From: a virus
Taxonomy: Duplodnaviria > Caudoviricetes
DNA: 64,000 nt
Reading direction: 5' to 3' (one strand)
IMG/VR virus record: IMGVR_UViG_3300032319_001025
Span: 64,001-128,000 of that record
The notes below the pieces were generated by a model that saw only the letters and a list, made by a program, of their open reading frames with translations, was not told the DNA's origin and made no database searches. The position numbers and the translations under genes are program-made. Positions 9,959 through 19,570 of this stretch are shown one piece after another. Positions within the stretch are counted from its first letter, which is position 1; every line of letters begins with the position of its first letter.

Positions 9959-12900
9959 ATGGCTAATTTACCTCAACTTGTTACGAGAGAACAGCTAATA
10001 GGTCTTATTGTTGATTCAATGCTTTCCAGGCTTGAAGACGTAAACGATCTAAATCCAGGCTCAACTCTTAGTCAGATTGCTGAATCAGTCGGTCAGGTTA
10101 TGTACAAACCTTATGCCGATGTTATCAGTATGGTTGACGCTTTATCTGTTGATAGAGCGATTGGCGAAGCTCTACAGCGGCTAGCATTAGATAAGAATGT
10201 ACCAATTTTTCCAGCACTGCCTTCTTCTGGTAACATTAATATAACCGATTTAACATTTAGCAAAATTCAAAGCAGCGTCTACTCTGGTCAGCCAGCTCCT
10301 GTTGCTGGTTCTTTAGTGGTATATGTTTCTGACGCATCGCAGTTTTTATCTTCTGGTACTATATATATAGGAAGAGGTACTGACAATTCGGAAGGTCCTC
10401 TAGCTTATACATCCATAACTCCACAATCTGGTGGAACATATTATGCCATAAATCTAAGCCCGACTTCTCCAACTGTTAAATTTCATAATATTGGCGAAAC
10501 TGTAGTTATGGGGCAGGGCGGCAATAGAACTATTCCTGCTGGAACAATAGTTCAAACACCTCAAGGGCAATTAAGCACTAGCGTTTCGTTTTTTACTACT
10601 TTGCCAGCAACAATACTAGATGGTGAAGTAACCGTTGAGAACATACCAGTAGTATCGCAACAAACTGGAACTATTGGAAACGTGCCAAAAAATGCGATTC
10701 AATTAGTATTAAATTTAGGATTCTCTGCGTCATCCACAAATCCATTACCGTTTACTAATGGTAGAGATGCTGATTCGGACGAAAACATCAGGCAAAGAAT
10801 TAAAGATTACGAACAGTTAAAAGCTAAAGGTACTTCTGAATCAATAAGAGCCGCAAGCTTAAACATTACATCGCCAGATGAACTTAAAACCACCACATCA
10901 AGTAGCGTTGTTAATTATTCTGACACCAGTGCAGCACTTGTATTTGATGATGGCACAGGATATGAACCTATCTTTACTGGCGTTGGACTCGAGACTGTTG
11001 TAGCAGAAGCTCTGGGCGGAGAAACTAATTTACAATTAAGAAACATCCCAATAGCTCAAGCCAGATTAAAAACAGACGTAGGGTATCCGTATAGTGTTCC
11101 AGACTTGTACAGCTTAAGTGTTTCTGTTAATGGCGTTGCAACGACGCATCAATTTAAAAGTTCCGATTTTAAAGTAGCAACTGCAGCTACAGCATTAGAA
11201 GTTGCTTCATCAATTAACGCAAATGCTAATATAAACTTTTCCGCTAATACTTCAGATGGCGGCAAAAATGTTGTTATCTTTCCGAAAGATCCAACATTAA
11301 ACAATATAAAGGTCAATACCTTATCAAGCAATGACGCAAACTCATATTTAAAATTCCCAACAGACAATGAAGAGTTTACGTTAAGGCTTTATAAAAACGA
11401 TGAGCTTTTATATCAAGATGGTTTACCAGCCCAGCTTTATACCAAATCTAAATCTCTGTGGTCAACTGGTATTATACCTAATGATACATTGATATATAAT
11501 GTTGACAGCACACAAGATATTACAGTAACGCTGACAAATATAAATTTTCAAAGAATTAATCCTACATCTACAGTAAACTCAACTGAAAGCATTGATATCT
11601 GGGTTGAAGTATTTAATAGCTTGATGCCTGGAGTAACAGCTTCGGTTGATGGAGATAAAATAAAATTTGCTAGTAACAAAGGGCTAAATGATTTAGCCAG
11701 AATAGAAATTGTTGGCGGTACATTAGCAAGCAAGATCTTTGACACAAGTGCAGCATTGATATCAGAAGGTCAAAGTTCCGATTACACATTAAATAGAAAT
11801 ACTTCGCAGGTAGGTCTCTCAGTAAGCGTACAAGAGGGAGATTCTATTACAGCAGGCTCTAAATTTACAAGAGCTAAGATTTTAAGTACAAGCTTGCCTA
11901 ATGGTGTATCAACTAGTGGAAACTTATGGTTTATTTTAGATGGAGGCGCTGAAGTAATTCCAAGCGGTATTAGGGGTACAACACAAATTAAGTTTACTTT
12001 GTCTGGAACCACAGTAACTCTTAATGGCAGAAACATACTCAACACATCTATAGCTGAAGGTTTTGAAAGCGTTAAAGCTGGCGACTGGATACTCGTTTGG
12101 ACAAATGGTTCAGATGGTCTACAAACTAATCCTGGATTCTGGCGAATTGAAACAGCAGAGACTGGTCAGCTTACTTTTAGTAATGCTTTAGGTGCTACAA
12201 CTGGATGGATAACGAATCCACCAATTAATAAGATTTTATTTACTAGAAGTCTAGCACCAATTCAAAAGGTTTCTTACACAGGGCCAGCAACTTTAGCTTC
12301 TTTAGAATCTCAAATCAGAAGTCAGCTTTTAGGTTCAAATGTAGATGCTGTTGGTAGCAAGCTTAGAATATCAACTGCTACATTAGATAGCACTGGAGAA
12401 ATACTTTGCATAGCTGCAGATGAGAGCGCAGCGTCATTATTGTTAACTACTGGAACTGTAATCAAAAATACAACTTCACATGTAGGCTTTAATATAACAG
12501 ATGATTTAAATTACGGTATACCTTCCTTTACTCATGATACTTTATCAGCTTTAAATTTAGCTACTTCTGAATTTACTCCAACATTAGACTACATAGATTT
12601 AAATGGCGATACTTTTGATTACATAGAATTTTTAGATAAATTTAATACTGCGAACGAATCTAACGTATCTGAATCAAACAAGAATAGAAGAATTTTTGTT
12701 AAGAATTACGACAGTTTAACTGGCGCTGTAACTGGTTTAATTCCAAATTACATGCAGACTGGCCAAAGCATCCCTCAAGTTAGTGATAGATTCTTTTTAA
12801 GGAAGTCATATCAATTTGATTGTGAAGACACAGTTAATGTTACGATTGATGGGAACTCTGAAACTAAATACTATTCTTTACCAGTTTCAAGGAACTTGCT

Positions 12901-15900
12901 AGTTAGCAACGCAATAGTCCCAACCACGACATCTTTTAGTGCTGACGATGCTCAATCCGATTTAACTTTAAATGATGTAAATTCGTTTAACGGTTTTGAC
13001 TTTGCAGATTTCAAAGTTTGGAGAAAAGCCCATTACAATATTACAAATATAATAACTGGGCTAGATATTAATGTTCATTCTGCTAGCTTTGGTCCATCTG
13101 GCAATCTAACAAGATTCGGATTTTTATATCCAACAGATACCACTCAAACAAGTTTATCGTACACTATTGATGTAAGCGATACTGTAGATATCGGAATCGT
13201 TTTACCCGTTAAAGATTTAAGATTACCCACGTGGGATGGCACCAGTGCATTTACTGTCTCAGTATTGCCTGGTGTCAACGGTGAAGAATACGTAACCTAT
13301 CAATACAGAGTTGGAACCCAACCTAGTTTTGTTACCACATCTAATGTTAGCACAGATGATATAGTAATGATAAGCGGGTATTCAGATTTATTAAATAATA
13401 ATAAAGATTTAACCGCAATTGTAACTTCCGTTACACCAACATCTTTTACTATTAAACGACAAATAGGTTCAGCTACAAGCGATGCTTTAGCTTTTGATTC
13501 AATCGATATTGACGGAACTGTATCGGGCGGATTTCCATCTGGCAAAATCACTTTGACATATAGCGGCACACATAATATATCAACTGGTAACAGAATCGGT
13601 CTATATGATACAACAGCATTATCATTAAACCCGACTTCAAGACCAGCTAATAGTACGTATTTCGTATCAAGTGTTTCAGGCTCTACAATCATTGTGCCTA
13701 TCAATACATCTATTCCAGGCGGTACAATAACAAGTGCTACATTAAACGGTGCGACATTTAAAGTTTACACAAATGTCACTAACTTAGCCGCTGGTGATTT
13801 AATTAAGTTTAGAAATATTGGTGCAAGCTTTTCAAATAAAATTTATCAAGTTTCAAACGTTGGTGTAGGATACTTTGAATGTACAATAAATAACACTGCT
13901 GGAACTTTTAGTATTGTTGCTGCAACACGTTATGATTTCCAATCTTACGGTGCAGACGTAACCAATGCTTCAACGATTTCATCCGTATCGAGGTCTGGAT
14001 CAACAGTAACGGTAACGTTATCTGCCGCACCGCCATACACACCATCAACTGGTGATTTAGTACAAATATCTGGATTAAACGTTCAGGATTGGAGTAGTGT
14101 CACAACTTATGTTATAGGCGATGTCATAGAGTATAACTCTTTATTGTACAAATCACTGCAAAATGCAAACCTAAATAATCCACCAGACATAAGCCCAACC
14201 TTCTGGACCTTGACGGATGAAAATCTTGAGGGCGTATTCATAGTAACAAATACTGGCCCGTTAACATTTACCTATAAGTATAGGTCAACTGCTGGATCTT
14301 CTTCTGCTACTGGCGGAACAGCTACAAAAATGAAATCTGTAGCTAAGCTTGCTAGATGTATTGGCGGAAGCTCGAGTTACTTACAAATCATGTCAGTAGG
14401 CGCTACAGCGCAAGAAATTATTGACTATGTAGCTAATAATATTAGCGATATCATTTCTATTACAAATGTTACTGGCGGTAGCACAAGCGCAACTGTTTCA
14501 GTAAGTACTGAAAACTCTTCACAATACTTAACTGGTAATATAACAAACTATAGAACAACCAAAAGCTCACGAAAAGTTGTTTTTACTACTTCTGCAGTAG
14601 TACCAAAAGGAAGCACAATAACTGTTTCTGGCATTTCATCGGATTATAATAAGACTTATACAGTATTAGATAGCGTTGCTTCTGGCGGCGGAAGCTTGAT
14701 AACTTGCCAGTCAGAGAAAACAGCAGCTACAACTGGAAACAATGCGGTTGCTGGTACATATCTTGGAACCTTACCGTATGTAATGTTATATGACGGTGCA
14801 AATAGCATTTCGACTAGCGATTTAACAATTAACCCACAATTCAATTTAAAACAAGCTTGGACCGATGCTCCTGAAATTGGCGAAGAGCTTTGTATTGTCG
14901 CAGCGAATAAAGAACATCTATATCGTTTTTGGAATAGACTAATTGTTAGCGGTATTAAAAACGTAGCAAACGTAGAAAACCCAAAATATAATGAAGAGTT
15001 ACAAATCTCTAGTCAAAAATTAGGTACTGAAGGCTCGGTTGAAGTTTTAAGCGGAACAGCTAATTCAGCAACTGTAGCTTTAGTCGGTTCTGGCAAATCG
15101 CAAAACAATAGATTGGGCCTAATAACTATCCCATATCAATTGCGTCAAGGTTTAGTACCAGGAAACTGGATATCGTTAAGCCAAACAATTCAAGAGAAAA
15201 AGACAAACGGCTTTGATGATACAACTGTAATTAGTGTTTCAACTACATCTTCTATAGCTACTGTATCTATTGCATCTGGTTCTGGACAATTTATAACAAA
15301 ACGCAGTACTAGTATAAATAATACTACAGTCTTTAAAGTTGAGCGTCACGGTAATTTCACAGCTTTCGTTAAAATTGATGGAACCTCACCTGCATTATAT
15401 ACCGCAGGGGTTCAAGAAGGCGACTGGGTAAGAATCGCAAACGTTTTACCTCAAACATGGAATATCGGAAAATCATATATAGTTGGAAATAAAGTAAAAT
15501 ATGGTATTTCTGAAACAAGATATGTATCTATCCAAAATGGTTCTGGACAACAGCCAGACATTTCGCCAGCCTATTGGAAACAATATAGCGATTATTCAGT
15601 AAACCTATCTTATTCTACTGGTGATTACGTTCTTTATAGCGGAAGGTTATGGATTGCTTTAGCTTCTAGTACGCCAGCTTCCCCAGTTATTCCAGGAAAT
15701 GACGCAACGGTTTGGAAGAACTTTGAGTTTGATGTTGGTAATGCTGGTGTATATCAAGTTGTTAGAGTTTACAATCAAGATACCTTCTGGGTAGAAGGTG
15801 ATTTGGTTGAAGAAGTCACTCAAATACTAGACCCAGCGGATATGACTTTTTATAGTTATGATTCAATAATGCCTGGAGATATCTTAGTTGTATCTGGTGA

Positions 15901-16663
15901 CGTATTGGGTCAAAAAAATATTGGCCAGTATGAAGTTCTAGATGATGCAGTTGATGGCTCATCTTTGTTCCCATCTGCTTCAACTGTTTATACAAAAGCA
16001 TTTACCGAAAACGCATCTTTAAAACCATTAAGCAATAAGACTGATCAATTCTTCTTTTTAGAAAAAACACCAGTCAAGCTTTACAAAAAGATTTTATCTG
16101 TCGGACCCGCTGAAGGCAGTTTAGCTAACGTGCTAGTAGACTCGCCTGAGTTAATAACAAGACTGACAAGCTCGAGCGGTGCTTATCTGACAATGCTAAA
16201 CAAGCTTAACTACGATACCAATATACACCATGGTATTGATGGCTATCAGTATTACACTGGCTTGATGCAAGAAGTCAACAAAGTAATATACGGCGATCCA
16301 ACTTCTGTGATCCAATATCCTGGATATAAAGCTGCTGGTGCTAACGTTGATATTAAACCTGCTATTATCAAAAAGATAACAATGTCGTTGAGCGTCAGAA
16401 TTAAAACCGATCTCACATATTCAGAAGTTCAAGATTCTGTTAAAGCCGCTGTAGCTGGATATATTGCAACTCTAGGTGTTGGTGAAAGCGTATCTTTATC
16501 TGGAGTTATAGCTACAGCAACAAACTTAGAAGGAATCGTATCGGTTGTTATAACTGACCCCACATTTGCTTTGGGTAGCGATTTAATTAAAGTTAACCCT
16601 GATGAGAAAGCTTTAGTAATTAATCCAGCCACGGATATAACTGTTACCATAACAGGTACTTAA
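9959..16663 (+). CDS. giant baseplate J-like wedge protein with inserted modules and CBM5/12-like repeats
   Basis: J-type N-terminus ('DLNPGSTL..IAE', 'GEALQRLA', 'IPAGTIV', 'GTIGNV', 'NGRDADSDENIRQRI') and C-terminus ('YIATLGVGESV..S.VI....LEGIVSV'). Confidence 0.8.
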   Translation: MANLPQLVTREQLIGLIVDSMLSRLEDVNDLNPGSTLSQIAESVGQVMYKPYADVISMVDALSVDRAIGEALQRLALDKNVPIFPALPSSGNINITDLTFSKIQSSVYSGQPAPVAGSLVVYVSDASQFLSSGTIYIGRGTDNSEGPLAYTSITPQSGGTYYAINLSPTSPTVKFHNIGETVVMGQGGNRTIPAGTIVQTPQGQLSTSVSFFTTLPATILDGEVTVENIPVVSQQTGTIGNVPKNAIQLVLNLGFSASSTNPLPFTNGRDADSDENIRQRIKDYEQLKAKGTSESIRAASLNITSPDELKTTTSSSVVNYSDTSAALVFDDGTGYEPIFTGVGLETVVAEALGGETNLQLRNIPIAQARLKTDVGYPYSVPDLYSLSVSVNGVATTHQFKSSDFKVATAATALEVASSINANANINFSANTSDGGKNVVIFPKDPTLNNIKVNTLSSNDANSYLKFPTDNEEFTLRLYKNDELLYQDGLPAQLYTKSKSLWSTGIIPNDTLIYNVDSTQDITVTLTNINFQRINPTSTVNSTESIDIWVEVFNSLMPGVTASVDGDKIKFASNKGLNDLARIEIVGGTLASKIFDTSAALISEGQSSDYTLNRNTSQVGLSVSVQEGDSITAGSKFTRAKILSTSLPNGVSTSGNLWFILDGGAEVIPSGIRGTTQIKFTLSGTTVTLNGRNILNTSIAEGFESVKAGDWILVWTNGSDGLQTNPGFWRIETAETGQLTFSNALGATTGWITNPPINKILFTRSLAPIQKVSYTGPATLASLESQIRSQLLGSNVDAVGSKLRISTATLDSTGEILCIAADESAASLLLTTGTVIKNTTSHVGFNITDDLNYGIPSFTHDTLSALNLATSEFTPTLDYIDLNGDTFDYIEFLDKFNTANESNVSESNKNRRIFVKNYDSLTGAVTGLIPNYMQTGQSIPQVSDRFFLRKSYQFDCEDTVNVTIDGNSETKYYSLPVSRNLLVSNAIVPTTTSFSADDAQSDLTLNDVNSFNGFDFADFKVWRKAHYNITNIITGLDINVHSASFGPSGNLTRFGFLYPTDTTQTSLSYTIDVSDTVDIGIVLPVKDLRLPTWDGTSAFTVSVLPGVNGEEYVTYQYRVGTQPSFVTTSNVSTDDIVMISGYSDLLNNNKDLTAIVTSVTPTSFTIKRQIGSATSDALAFDSIDIDGTVSGGFPSGKITLTYSGTHNISTGNRIGLYDTTALSLNPTSRPANSTYFVSSVSGSTIIVPINTSIPGGTITSATLNGATFKVYTNVTNLAAGDLIKFRNIGASFSNKIYQVSNVGVGYFECTINNTAGTFSIVAATRYDFQSYGADVTNASTISSVSRSGSTVTVTLSAAPPYTPSTGDLVQISGLNVQDWSSVTTYVIGDVIEYNSLLYKSLQNANLNNPPDISPTFWTLTDENLEGVFIVTNTGPLTFTYKYRSTAGSSSATGGTATKMKSVAKLARCIGGSSSYLQIMSVGATAQEIIDYVANNISDIISITNVTGGSTSATVSVSTENSSQYLTGNITNYRTTKSSRKVVFTTSAVVPKGSTITVSGISSDYNKTYTVLDSVASGGGSLITCQSEKTAATTGNNAVAGTYLGTLPYVMLYDGANSISTSDLTINPQFNLKQAWTDAPEIGEELCIVAANKEHLYRFWNRLIVSGIKNVANVENPKYNEELQISSQKLGTEGSVEVLSGTANSATVALVGSGKSQNNRLGLITIPYQLRQGLVPGNWISLSQTIQEKKTNGFDDTTVISVSTTSSIATVSIASGSGQFITKRSTSINNTTVFKVERHGNFTAFVKIDGTSPALYTAGVQEGDWVRIANVLPQTWNIGKSYIVGNKVKYGISETRYVSIQNGSGQQPDISPAYWKQYSDYSVNLSYSTGDYVLYSGRLWIALASSTPASPVIPGNDATVWKNFEFDVGNAGVYQVVRVYNQDTFWVEGDLVEEVTQILDPADMTFYSYDSIMPGDILVVSGDVLGQKNIGQYEVLDDAVDGSSLFPSASTVYTKAFTENASLKPLSNKTDQFFFLEKTPVKLYKKILSVGPAEGSLANVLVDSPELITRLTSSSGAYLTMLNKLNYDTNIHHGIDGYQYYTGLMQEVNKVIYGDPTSVIQYPGYKAAGANVDIKPAIIKKITMSLSVRIKTDLTYSEVQDSVKAAVAGYIATLGVGESVSLSGVIATATNLEGIVSVVITDPTFALGSDLIKVNPDEKALVINPATDITVTITGT

Positions 16664-16664
16664 A

Positions 16665-19055
16665 ATGGATAACACTAAATTATTTAGGCAGTATTTATCC
16701 AACTACATAGATGGACCAAATATTAATGCCATTCTTTATGCTTTTGGCGAAGCATATAATATTTTAGAACAGAACGGCGTAGCAGTAACAGATCAGCTAA
16801 CAATATCGACAGCTTCCGAAAGATACCTTGATAGATTATTAAGCGACTTAGCTATTACTAGACCGCCAGAGCTTGGTATTTCTGATTACTATTTTAGAAA
16901 AATAGGTATAAACATAACGGCATCTAAACAGATAACCAGTTCGTTACATTCAATACTGGAAATATTTTATGGTCCTGATTTTGTGCGGGGCAGCACGATC
17001 TGTACAAAAAGCGAACCATATGATCTATCAGGAAATCCAGATTTAAGTCTTATATTTGAAGACGGCGAAGTTAGAACGCTAGTGTTTTATTCAGCTAATT
17101 TTAGTAACGTGTTTCAAGCTACAGCTCAAGAAGTAGCTAACGTTATTAATGTTTGGATTAAAAATCAAAATTTAAACGCTTATGCAACTGTTGAAACAGA
17201 TTTTGACACAGGATTAAAATATGTAAAACTATACGGTGGAGCAAAAGGACCTTATAGTTTGATTCAAGTTTGGGGCGGAAGAGCACAATCGATATTAGAG
17301 TTTCCAACGATGCGTGATACTAAACTGGCACCGTTAAATACTACGACTTGGCAGATAACTAAAAATAACGAAACAACTATTAGAGTTAGATGGGACGGCG
17401 GACCGAAACCTAGCTTAGATAAAGTACTTATTGATGATAGAGTTTTAATTTATGGCACACCGTTTCAAAATGCTAATTCCGAATTAATAGGTTCGTTCAC
17501 TATAACGAACGTTAGCCCTCCTCAGAGCATTCCTAACGCAGATTCTGGATGGTTTGAATTCAAAGCTGTTTTACAAGATTTAAAAAACTCAACCCCTAAT
17601 GCATATCCACCACCAAATAGCCCTGGAAATATATATAGTTACACAGTAAATCAAACTGTTTACGATGATTTAAAGTTCTTTTTAGCTAGAAAAAATACGC
17701 CTTATTCAACAAAAAGATATGCTTTAGCTTTTGAACCTGCGGCCAACCTACTTAAAATATATTTACCAGCCACAACAACGATATTAGAAAGAGATTTGAT
17801 TGGTGCATCTCATTTGCACATGCTATATAACTATAGCGACTTTGATGGAACGTTTGGCGATCTATTAGATGATAATAAGAAAATTGAAATACTGAACACT
17901 TATTCTATTAGATACTATCAAGGAAGAGCTGACAACTCAGCTACTGGCGGAACGGTTACGTTACCTGGACCTACAGTTTTAAACATTTCTGAAATTTACA
18001 GAGAAAACGGTTATGTAACTATTATAACCGAAACCCCTCATGGACTTATTGGCGAAAATGAATGGCAAAACGGGATAGACTACACTGCTGGAACAATTAA
18101 GGTTTATAATAATTTTAATTGGTTAGCGTTACAAAACAGCGGGCCGTCATATGGTGGATCTAAACAGCCTGACGCAAATAGTCTTTTTTGGCAACAACAA
18201 GAGCCTACTAAAAACTATACAACAAGTACAATAATAGTAAATGCAACTGGTTTAATAGTTGACGATCCAGTAAATTCATTTTTAGGACCCTACACATTTG
18301 ATTCGCAGAGCAATTACACGTTAGCTAGTGGTACTGGTTTTATAAGATCGAAAATAAACGCTGGCGAAATTAAAACTAATATTTTAGTAACTGGAGGGTT
18401 TTCCCAGCCTGAAGGTTATTTAATGTTCGACCTTAATGAAAACTCTCAAGAAGGTCCTGTAAAGTATTTATACAGTCAGCAACAAAAATCTAATATTATC
18501 ACTAACATAGTTAACATTTCAAGAATTACAAATAAAGTAACTGTAACAACCAACGCTCCTCATAATGCAGTTCCTGGCTCTCAAGTAGTGATAAGCGGTA
18601 CTACTACTTTTAATGGTGTTTGGACTGTAACAAATGTACCGTCATCTAATGTTTATGATTTTGTACATACTTCATCTGGAAGTGCTATTGAGACATCTGG
18701 AGTAAGCACCACGTTAATTGAAGAGAACACTTATTTGTTAACTTTAGAATCAGGCTATCAGTTTAAAGAAACCCATAACATATTATCAGATTTAGACATT
18801 GTATCTAATCCGCAAGCTTATGTACCTAATATAGACGGCTCTGATTATTGTGCATATCTTACAGGCTCAGCCGATGCAAGAATATATTGTGAAACGTTAT
18901 TAAGAAGAATAATAGCCGCAGGTATAAAACTAGAAGTTATTGTAATCTATCCAAGTGATTTAGGTTTAGGCAATGAAGGCGATGGCACATCGCAATATCA
19001 AGCTGCACCAATATCAGAAGCGGCTACATACGTATGGGCATCTAGCTCAACTTAA
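16665..19055 (+). CDS. baseplate wedge protein (gpI-like) with extra domains
   Basis: 'TASERYLDRL...ITRP...SDYYFRK' N-terminus and 'RRIIAAGIKLEV' C-terminus; follows J. Confidence 0.65.
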   Translation: MDNTKLFRQYLSNYIDGPNINAILYAFGEAYNILEQNGVAVTDQLTISTASERYLDRLLSDLAITRPPELGISDYYFRKIGINITASKQITSSLHSILEIFYGPDFVRGSTICTKSEPYDLSGNPDLSLIFEDGEVRTLVFYSANFSNVFQATAQEVANVINVWIKNQNLNAYATVETDFDTGLKYVKLYGGAKGPYSLIQVWGGRAQSILEFPTMRDTKLAPLNTTTWQITKNNETTIRVRWDGGPKPSLDKVLIDDRVLIYGTPFQNANSELIGSFTITNVSPPQSIPNADSGWFEFKAVLQDLKNSTPNAYPPPNSPGNIYSYTVNQTVYDDLKFFLARKNTPYSTKRYALAFEPAANLLKIYLPATTTILERDLIGASHLHMLYNYSDFDGTFGDLLDDNKKIEILNTYSIRYYQGRADNSATGGTVTLPGPTVLNISEIYRENGYVTIITETPHGLIGENEWQNGIDYTAGTIKVYNNFNWLALQNSGPSYGGSKQPDANSLFWQQQEPTKNYTTSTIIVNATGLIVDDPVNSFLGPYTFDSQSNYTLASGTGFIRSKINAGEIKTNILVTGGFSQPEGYLMFDLNENSQEGPVKYLYSQQQKSNIITNIVNISRITNKVTVTTNAPHNAVPGSQVVISGTTTFNGVWTVTNVPSSNVYDFVHTSSGSAIETSGVSTTLIEENTYLLTLESGYQFKETHNILSDLDIVSNPQAYVPNIDGSDYCAYLTGSADARIYCETLLRRIIAAGIKLEVIVIYPSDLGLGNEGDGTSQYQAAPISEAATYVWASSST

Positions 19056-19064
19056 AGGTTTTTT

Positions 19065-19511
19065 ATGATCAGTAAAATTATAACAGGACCGTCACTACTA
19101 ATAAAAATAAAACCAGAAAACGGTTTTGAACAAACTATTGGGTATGCTACAGATTTGCAATTAAATGTTGCACAGGGTCAAAAAGAAATCTTTGGTGTTG
19201 ATAGTCCATTTCCATTTGAAATAGCTCAAGGTGCCGCCCCTTCTTTGGTTCGCGGGACCATGGCTGTATACGTTTTAAAAGGTACGAACTTAGAAACCAT
19301 AGGGCTAGTTCCATATAGAAGCGATGATTCTAAAGAAACTATATCCCCAAATTCTAAGTACATTGATATCAATATATATGATAGAGCTTCTAAAACTTTA
19401 ATATATGGTATTAAAAACTGCAAAGTTTCCTCATATACAATTTCTGTGTCAACTAGAAATGTTTTGCGATGTTCGCTTACATTTAGTGGTATATTATTAG
19501 AGCCAGGATAA
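19065..19511 (+). CDS. tail-tube-fold protein
   Basis: 148 aa; 'IGYATDLQL...EIFGVDS..P.EI...VRGT..V' and 'IKNCKVSSY..S' pattern of myophage tube proteins. Confidence 0.55.
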   Translation: MISKIITGPSLLIKIKPENGFEQTIGYATDLQLNVAQGQKEIFGVDSPFPFEIAQGAAPSLVRGTMAVYVLKGTNLETIGLVPYRSDDSKETISPNSKYIDINIYDRASKTLIYGIKNCKVSSYTISVSTRNVLRCSLTFSGILLEPG

Positions 19512-19515
19512 CTTA

Positions 19516-19548
19516 TTGATTTTGCTATTTTTTTAATAATAACTTAAT
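19516..19548 (+). promoter_or_regulatory. candidate late promoter TTGATTT-N17-TAACTTAAT (copy 2)
   Basis: Same motif and spacing as 9891-9923; intergenic. Confidence 0.5.
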
Positions 19549-19570
19549 CTGATAAGTAAATACACAATTT

